From Minisyncoccota bacterium (lineage in GTDB: Bacteria > Patescibacteriota > Minisyncoccia > Phycocordibacterales > UBA9973): a stretch of 64,000 nt of DNA. Below, piece after piece: positions 57,858 to 64,000 of the stretch. Location: the NCBI GenBank assembly GCA_028718635.1, contig JAQULK010000001.1, forward strand, positions 543,834 to 607,833, given 5' to 3'. The stretch's first letter is position 1, and every line of letters begins with the position of its first letter. The position numbers were made by a program, and so were the translations under genes. The notes under the pieces are model-generated. The model was not told the DNA's origin, searched no databases, and saw only the letters and a program-made list of their open reading frames with translations.

Positions 57858-58406
57858 ATGTCAAGTTATTCAAGAAAAATACTTAAAAAACTAGCCGAAA
57901 GACCGGCAATTTCCGTGGAAGATTTAAAAGACCTGCCTGCCATGCCTACCGGCAGGCAGGCCGGCGAGGCAGGAAATGATACTAAAACAACCTATGCTAT
58001 TTCTCGCGCCTTAAAAAATTTAGTGGAAGGCAAATATGCAGAAATTCATGAATCCGGAAGGCAAGATTACGTAAAAATTACTCCTCTTGGAAAAAATAAA
58101 TTAAACACGTTGCTCTTGGAAAATGAGAGTGTGCTGGTCCCACAAAATTGGGATGGATTTTGGAGAATTATTTTGCTTGATCTTCCTGAAAGTAGAAAAA
58201 GTGAGCGCGAATCTTTACGCTACCTTTTAAAAAAAGCTGGCTTTGTCTGTCTAAAAAATTCTGCTTGGATTTCTCCCTTCCCTTTTGAACATTTGTTTGC
58301 GAACATAAAAAAAGATCTCGGGCTCACCACCGAGATAATGATCATCGTCACTGAAAATATAGACAACGAAAGTAAAAAAGTTTTATTTGAAAGTTTTGGA
58401 AAGTAG
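57858..58406 (+). CDS. PaaX-like winged-helix regulator family protein (182 aa), opposite strand within the chaperone/Cys-rich cluster
   Basis: C-terminal WDGFWRIILLDLPESRKSERESLRYLLKKAGFVCLKNSAWISP matches the PaaX-type C-terminal domain. The N-terminus carries an in-frame GC palindrome insertion (LPAMPTGRQAGEAGN). Confidence 0.45.
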   Translation: MSSYSRKILKKLAERPAISVEDLKDLPAMPTGRQAGEAGNDTKTTYAISRALKNLVEGKYAEIHESGRQDYVKITPLGKNKLNTLLLENESVLVPQNWDGFWRIILLDLPESRKSERESLRYLLKKAGFVCLKNSAWISPFPFEHLFANIKKDLGLTTEIMIIVTENIDNESKKVLFESFGK

Positions 58407-58412
58407 TAGCAG

Positions 58413-58453
58413 CAGACGTTGGACGTCTGGGAATCTTGACGTCCAACGTCTGT
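58413..58453. repeat. GACGTTGGACGTC-family inverted repeat (CAGACGTTGGACGTC-N11-GACGTCCAACGTCTG)
   Basis: 15-bp perfect arms, intergenic between convergent stops. Related copies at 1-25, 5310-5352 and 7940-7970. Confidence 0.75.
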
Positions 58454-58456
58454 AAC

Positions 58457-60184
58457 CTAGTATATCTCCTGCTGGTAGCATTTCTCGCAATAAACTATTT
58501 CCGGACGGTCGGGCGCATAACTGGTCTCAAATTCAACTTCGCATTTGCCTTTATGATTTGAATGATTTTCTTTATCGCACATGCACTGTCTTTTAAAAAA
58601 AATAGGTGGATTTCGCAACTTTAAACGTTCATAATGTCTGCAATTAATACATAAACGAGGCAATGGAAGGTTCATTCTTTTTAAGAAATCAAATTCTGTT
58701 TTAATTATGCGAAAAGCCTTCGTACATTCATGTTGACAATTTCCTTTATGAGCACATTCAATAGATTGATTCAAGATGTTCTCATCAATTTCTTTTATGT
58801 TATCTGGAATATCTTCATTTATTAATGTAATTTTATAATTTTGCTTTGAAGTTTCATACCACAAAAACCCTTTACTTTTCGCTTTTTCTTCACTTAAAGG
58901 AAAAAATTCATATGCTTGAGTAGCGTTGTACGGAAAAAAGGAAAATTTACTCGGAAAAAATTCTCCGTATTCACTTGTTTCTTTCATGTGTTTAATTATT
59001 AGAGGCACTATTTTTTCATATTCTTCTTTGGTGTATTGCTTGTTGAAGATGCAATATTGTTTATTTTTTAACGAAACACACCCAAAAAGATCTGACGAAC
59101 TACTACAGAAAACACAGTAAGTCAAATTCCTTACATTCGGATAACAGTAAGCACTGAATTTAATATTCGAACTTCCATCACCAACAATAAGACTTTCATA
59201 AATAAGCTCTGCATTTTCTCCATAATTAGAATAATCGTAACAATCTTTCACTGGACCACTTAAAATATTTTGAACGAATTTACTATCTTCCACCGTCCTA
59301 ACACGAAAACAATATTTTGCGTTTTTAGACCCATAGACATAATCACCGGAAACATTCATATTTTGACGGTCATGGATATATTTTTGAGGATAATTAAGCC
59401 AATGCTTATAAGCTTTGTCGCGTAAGATTTCAAAAGCTTTGTTGGAGCCCAAGTTAAATTCTGCAACTTTTTTTAAATATTCTTCTCTTGAATATTGTTT
59501 ATTAAAAATACAATATGATTTATTGCGAAGATTAATTGACCCTAAACAACTATTGCATCCAATACAATCTTTACAGAAAATCATTTCTTGGCAACTTTCA
59601 CAATCAACTGAAAAAAATGTTTTGTAACAAGTTGTTGTATTAACATTTCCATAACTTAATTCACATTTAGTTGTCATGTGACTGTCAAAGGATTGTTTAG
59701 AACCCGTGTCCCAAATAAGATAAGCGGAATCTTCCGTATAAGACGCTCCTCGAACGAGATAGCAATTTTTGCAGCTATGATTATTTGAACAATAATAACA
59801 ATTCACCATATTGTACATAGAATGTACAGGTAGTGGTACTTTATAAAGCAAATCTTTAAACTGTTCAAAAAATGGTTTTGAAAAATTATACTCTTGACCA
59901 TATTCCAAAGGATTCCAAGCATCAGAAATCCAATAATCCCGATCATATATTTTATAAGTGTTTTCTTCAGGGAAAAGTGAGAAAATTTCTTCCCCATTTA
60001 GAGCTTCCTTTTTCTTGAATAAATGCCAATCATTACGCCAAGCCATACGTCTTTGCAACCTGCATTCTGGACAAAAAGTAGGCGGTGGAACCTTTATCTT
60101 TTCATAAAAGTTAAAATCTCCCGACTCTATCGTGAAATCTTTTTGGCAATTTTGGCATATTTTGTTTTCACTGTTACTTTCCAT
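58457..60184 (-). CDS. Cysteine-rich paralog family protein, copy 7 (575 aa)
   Basis: Family signature (CQNCQKDFTIESGDFNFYEKIKVPPPTFCPECR ... CEVEFETSYAPDRPEIVYCEKCYQQEIY). Confidence 0.85.
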   Translation of the reverse strand: MESNSENKICQNCQKDFTIESGDFNFYEKIKVPPPTFCPECRLQRRMAWRNDWHLFKKKEALNGEEIFSLFPEENTYKIYDRDYWISDAWNPLEYGQEYNFSKPFFEQFKDLLYKVPLPVHSMYNMVNCYYCSNNHSCKNCYLVRGASYTEDSAYLIWDTGSKQSFDSHMTTKCELSYGNVNTTTCYKTFFSVDCESCQEMIFCKDCIGCNSCLGSINLRNKSYCIFNKQYSREEYLKKVAEFNLGSNKAFEILRDKAYKHWLNYPQKYIHDRQNMNVSGDYVYGSKNAKYCFRVRTVEDSKFVQNILSGPVKDCYDYSNYGENAELIYESLIVGDGSSNIKFSAYCYPNVRNLTYCVFCSSSSDLFGCVSLKNKQYCIFNKQYTKEEYEKIVPLIIKHMKETSEYGEFFPSKFSFFPYNATQAYEFFPLSEEKAKSKGFLWYETSKQNYKITLINEDIPDNIKEIDENILNQSIECAHKGNCQHECTKAFRIIKTEFDFLKRMNLPLPRLCINCRHYERLKLRNPPIFFKRQCMCDKENHSNHKGKCEVEFETSYAPDRPEIVYCEKCYQQEIY

Positions 60185-60230
60185 TTTTGAAATTTCTTAG
60201 TCTATCATATATGATATGCTAATTAAATAT

Positions 60231-61973
60231 TTAATATATCTCCTGTTGATAACACCGTTCACAGTATACAGTCTCTGGTCGGTCCGGAGCATAGTTCGTT
60301 TCAAATTCTATCTCGCATTTGCCTTTGTGATTTGAATGGTTTTCTTTGTCGCACATACATTCACGTTTATAAAGTCTTGGTAAGGGTAATTGTATAAATC
60401 TTTTGTAATGACGACAATTAGAACAAAGAACAGGAAGCGGTATATTGTGTTTCTTATAAAATTTTAGCTCATAATCCGTCAAACGAAAAGCTACATTACA
60501 ATGATGGTCACACCTCCCTGCATGAGCACATCCTAAAACTTCTTTCAAAATTTCATCATTTACTTCGACTATATTGTCTGGAATTTTTTCTGTTGGTATA
60601 CTAATTTTAAAATTTTTAACAATAGATTCGCGCCAAGTATAACCTTTTTTTGCTGCTTCCTCCTCTGTGATAGGAAAAAATTCCTGAGCTATAGTTTCGT
60701 TGTATCCCCAAGGAGAAAGTTCTACTGGAAAAAATTCACCATATCTATAAATCCTTCCCACCTTATCCACAAAAGGCACATTTTCCATTTGTTTTATGAT
60801 CTCCTCTCGAAGTTTATTAAATTCTTCTTTTGAATAAACCCTGTTTAAAATTGCATTTTCTTTGTTTTTTAGACCGGTACAACCAAATATATCATTGCAA
60901 TTGGCACAAAAATCAACATAATCCGCATCTCGCACAGAGTTATTGGCAGAATGGGAAAACTTTACATTGTAATCGTCTAAGGAACCTGTCACATACTCAT
61001 ACATCATCTCTGACCATCCGCTATAAGTAAAATCCATACAATCTTTTGCAACCAGAGTTCTATAGCCATATTTTACATTTTCCACATCCTCTGAATTAAA
61101 ACAATTTTTACAATTTTTCACATTGGAAAGATTATTTCCTGTAGAATTTACTGAACGAATGATGTTAGCAAAACGATAAATAGCTCTTTGCTTTATCTCT
61201 TCGAATTCCTTGATTAAGATTTCACGCGAAGCCCTGCTTTGTAAATTTAATTTCTTTATCTCTTTTAAATATTCTTCTTTTGAATATTGTTTGTTGCGAA
61301 TATAAAATTCTTTATTGCGCAAATTATAAGAAAGTAAGCAGTTACTACAATTTACACAATCAACCAAAAAATAAGAATCCAAACAATTTCTAGACAATAA
61401 AACGTGCTGGCAATTATAGTTTTTTTCTCCTTCAATATTCTCATATAAACTTTGTCCTTCCTTCATATTTGCGCAATCAATAATATCGCTGGACTTGTCT
61501 ACTGTTGTTGAATAAAAAACATTTTCTGACCCTTTAACGACAGAAACAGATAAGTAAACATTTCTTGATTCCCCAACATAGTTCGAATAATCAGAATTAA
61601 TAGAATTTCTCTGCCAAAGAGCTAACCTTGGTACAGTTTCAAGCAATTCTTTAAATTGTTCAAAAAAAGATCTAGAAAAATCATAACCCCGTCCAAAAGT
61701 AGTAGCTTCCCACGCGTCTCCATGCCAACATTCCCTACAGTAGACAGGAAAGGACACAAATTCAGCATACATTGAAATAATATTTTTTTTACACAGACTG
61801 CAGTCACGACGATACAATACCCTCTCATTACGCCAAGCAAGACGCCTAATAAATCTGCATTCCGGACAAAAAGTAGGAGGCGGTACTTTTATTTTTTCAT
61901 AAAAATTAAAATCTTCTGCCTCTATGATGAAGTCTTTCTTACAGTTTTGACAAATTTTAATTTCTTGTTTCAT
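60231..61973 (-). CDS. Cysteine-rich paralog family protein, copy 8 (~580 aa)
   Basis: Family signature. The start is trimmed to the internal MKQEIKICQNCKK Met (61973), 2 nt after the upstream copy's stop. Confidence 0.8.
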   Translation of the reverse strand: MKQEIKICQNCKKDFIIEAEDFNFYEKIKVPPPTFCPECRFIRRLAWRNERVLYRRDCSLCKKNIISMYAEFVSFPVYCRECWHGDAWEATTFGRGYDFSRSFFEQFKELLETVPRLALWQRNSINSDYSNYVGESRNVYLSVSVVKGSENVFYSTTVDKSSDIIDCANMKEGQSLYENIEGEKNYNCQHVLLSRNCLDSYFLVDCVNCSNCLLSYNLRNKEFYIRNKQYSKEEYLKEIKKLNLQSRASREILIKEFEEIKQRAIYRFANIIRSVNSTGNNLSNVKNCKNCFNSEDVENVKYGYRTLVAKDCMDFTYSGWSEMMYEYVTGSLDDYNVKFSHSANNSVRDADYVDFCANCNDIFGCTGLKNKENAILNRVYSKEEFNKLREEIIKQMENVPFVDKVGRIYRYGEFFPVELSPWGYNETIAQEFFPITEEEAAKKGYTWRESIVKNFKISIPTEKIPDNIVEVNDEILKEVLGCAHAGRCDHHCNVAFRLTDYELKFYKKHNIPLPVLCSNCRHYKRFIQLPLPRLYKRECMCDKENHSNHKGKCEIEFETNYAPDRPETVYCERCYQQEIY

Positions 61974-61975
61974 TT

Positions 61976-63649
61976 TTAAGCAATATTCTGCTTGTAACAT
62001 TCTTCGCAAGCGATTTTCTGATATCCCCACTCTGGCAAATAATACGCTTCAACTTCTTTTTCGCAATAAAAACACTTATACGGATATGCTTGCAAAACGG
62101 TCAAGTATTTCAAACTATTTTTTATACGCACGTCAAAATGACGACGCGGAAGCGGAATATTGTTCTCTCTATAAAAAGAGAGTTCGTTTTGGGCAATATT
62201 AAAACGCCAGCCTGTCTCCGGGCATATGAGCGCTTGAGTAATAATGGTATCTGGTACATCTTTTATGTCATCAGGCAATTCGCTTGTAGGCATTCCATCT
62301 ATATGATTCTCTATGATATCTTCCCAATAACCTCCAAGTTTTAAAATATCTTCTTTTTTTGTATCTGGAAAATATAAAAAGCTTGTTGAAAAATTGAAAG
62401 GTCCTGCGCTCATAGCGTAAGGTAAAAACTTTCCATATTCTCCCCTCTTTTTCATATCAGAAACTATTTCATCTTTTAGTTTTTCATACTCTTCCTTGTC
62501 ATACTGTTTATTTAAAATGCAATATTTTTTCTTCTTGAGTCCAACACAACCAAAACAATATTCACATTCAAAACAAATGTCTAAATATTCAGAATACCTG
62601 GAAGGAGACCAACTCGAATATTTGAGAGAATAACTATTTCCTTGACAGGCGCTGCAATTACCAGACAATTCCAAAAACTGACAACCATTAGAATCAATAC
62701 TTGATTTTAATTCTTGCCCTCTGATACAATTTGATAAATCTTCAGAAGTTTGTATCGTATTACAATTGTGACAATTTTTTACATCTAATAAATAATTTCC
62801 ATCTGAATTATGTGTTTTTAGATTAAAATTTGGCCTGTGAACTACCTCTTTTATAATTATTTCCTCAAAACGTCTTTTATATTTTTGGATAGAACCATAG
62901 GAACCTAAATTAAATGATTTTATTTTTTTTTCATATTCCTCTTTAGAATACTGAACATTTTCTATGCAATGAGATTTGTTGCGTAAATTCCAACACATAA
63001 AACAGTTTTGGCAATTTCGACAATCGTATAAAAATCTAGAGTCTATGCAATCACGAGAATGTTTGGAATAAAAAAGTTTATAAGAGTTAAAGCAATCTGA
63101 GGAATCATAACTTTTTTCGCAAAAAAAACCAACAATCATATCAAAAGAATTCTTTACTCCTATATTTCTATATGAATAATACAAATCTTCACAATCCACC
63201 ATCGAACGAGATAAATAACAATTTTTTGAATTCCAAACATCATCGCACCAATCACAACCAGTATTCTTTATACCTCCTTGGTGTGGGTGAGGAATTTTTT
63301 CTTGAAGTTCTTGTAATTGCTCAAAAAAAGGCTTACTAGAATTATAATCCATTCCATAATCCATCGCGTCCCATTTGTCGCTGTACCATTCGTTTAAAGT
63401 ATAGATCGGGTATCTGCTTTTTTCCGGCAAAACAGTGATCAAGCTCTCTCCTGAAAGGTCTGATTTGCCTTTGCGGAATTTTCCAAACATCCAAAAAGAT
63501 AAATGTAATTTTACTCGACAGAAAAAACAAAGCGTTGGCAGTTCAATATCAACTTTTTTATATAAAGATAATTCCTCTTCTGTAATTGTGAAGTCTTGCT
63601 GGCAGTGTTCACAAATTTTATGTTGCTGATTCTTTGTATTCATATACAT
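61976..63649 (-). CDS. Cysteine-rich paralog family protein, copy 9 (557 aa, most divergent member)
   Basis: Recognisable but diverged termini (ICEHCQQDFTITEEELSLYKKVDIELPTLCFFCR ... CFYCEKEV...IACEECYKQNIA) and the same C-x2-C module architecture. Its start overlaps the grpE 3' end. Confidence 0.75.
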   Translation of the reverse strand: MYMNTKNQQHKICEHCQQDFTITEEELSLYKKVDIELPTLCFFCRVKLHLSFWMFGKFRKGKSDLSGESLITVLPEKSRYPIYTLNEWYSDKWDAMDYGMDYNSSKPFFEQLQELQEKIPHPHQGGIKNTGCDWCDDVWNSKNCYLSRSMVDCEDLYYSYRNIGVKNSFDMIVGFFCEKSYDSSDCFNSYKLFYSKHSRDCIDSRFLYDCRNCQNCFMCWNLRNKSHCIENVQYSKEEYEKKIKSFNLGSYGSIQKYKRRFEEIIIKEVVHRPNFNLKTHNSDGNYLLDVKNCHNCNTIQTSEDLSNCIRGQELKSSIDSNGCQFLELSGNCSACQGNSYSLKYSSWSPSRYSEYLDICFECEYCFGCVGLKKKKYCILNKQYDKEEYEKLKDEIVSDMKKRGEYGKFLPYAMSAGPFNFSTSFLYFPDTKKEDILKLGGYWEDIIENHIDGMPTSELPDDIKDVPDTIITQALICPETGWRFNIAQNELSFYRENNIPLPRRHFDVRIKNSLKYLTVLQAYPYKCFYCEKEVEAYYLPEWGYQKIACEECYKQNIA

Positions 63650-64000
63650 TGACTCTCGCAGGGCGTATCACGCGTTCACCTAGTTTGTAACCTTTCTGAA
63701 TCACATTGGCGACTGTGTGGTCTTGTTCTTTTTTGTTTGTCTCCACTGCTTCGATAGACTGATGAATATTCGGATCAAAATTCTCTCCGGTTTCGCCTAT
63801 TGCTTTCACTCCATACTCTTCAAAGATTGCATTCATTTGCGCGTAAATATATTCGACGCCCTTTCTCCAATTGTCGTCTACTTTCTCCCAAGCTTCTTTG
63901 TTTGCAAAAGCCATATCAAAACTATCAGAGACTGTTAGGAAACGAGTCAAAATTCTTTCTCGCATCGCTTCTGAAAAAATCGCTTTCCGATCTTCTTCTT
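63618..64000 (-). CDS. grpE: Nucleotide exchange factor GrpE, C-terminal part (N-terminus beyond the window end)
   Basis: LTVSDSFDMAFAN...GVEYIYAQMNAIFEEYGVKAI...NIHQSIEAVET...IQKGYKLGERVIRPARVNV matches the GrpE dimerisation/beta domain. My translation shows the frame stays open to the window edge. Confidence 0.8.
   Translation of the reverse strand, partial: EEDRKAIFSEAMRERILTRFLTVSDSFDMAFANKEAWEKVDDNWRKGVEYIYAQMNAIFEEYGVKAIGETGENFDPNIHQSIEAVETNKKEQDHTVANVIQKGYKLGERVIRPARVNVYEYKESAT

Overview
This is a 64-kb AT-rich bacterial chromosomal window with compact, mostly minus-strand operons. From gene content and architecture I infer a small-genome lineage, possibly CPR/Patescibacteria-like. 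About 55 protein genes plus one tRNA are supportable. Most are housekeeping: ftsQ (partial), serS, dprA, topA, a small RelA/SpoT homolog, parB, tRNA-Leu(CAA) abutted by a LAGLIDADG endonuclease gene, a histidine phosphatase, an HTH-MurA fusion, miaA, an M23 peptidase, gltX, murG, ftsW, mraY, a VanY-like peptidase, scpA/scpB, pepA, ribA-ribH-ribE plus a riboflavin kinase, aspS/asnS, prs, Fic, pheA preceded by a Phe-rich leader/attenuator, two TrpR-family genes, trpS, dnaB, recR, rplU, an AI-2E transporter, cysS, dnaJ, dnaK and grpE (partial). The stand-out feature is a nine-member paralogous family of ~560-600 aa cysteine-rich proteins occupying about a quarter of the window. Each has conserved zinc-ribbon-like termini and a hypervariable core of C-x2-C-x2-C-x2-C modules. 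One copy sits inside the dcw cell-wall cluster. Five are interleaved with dnaJ, dnaK, grpE and two TraD/VirD4-like P-loop ATPases, which splits the canonical chaperone operon. Two copies share a near-identical ~620-bp 3' block, suggesting gene conversion. The window also carries several families of small palindromic repeats. Two GC-rich families occur in-frame inside coding genes (ftsQ, topA, pepA, an ATPase, a PaaX-like gene), resembling Rickettsia RPEs. Two structured inverted-repeat families sit exactly at gene junctions and overlap stop and start codons. No rRNA, CRISPR array or obvious transposase is present.
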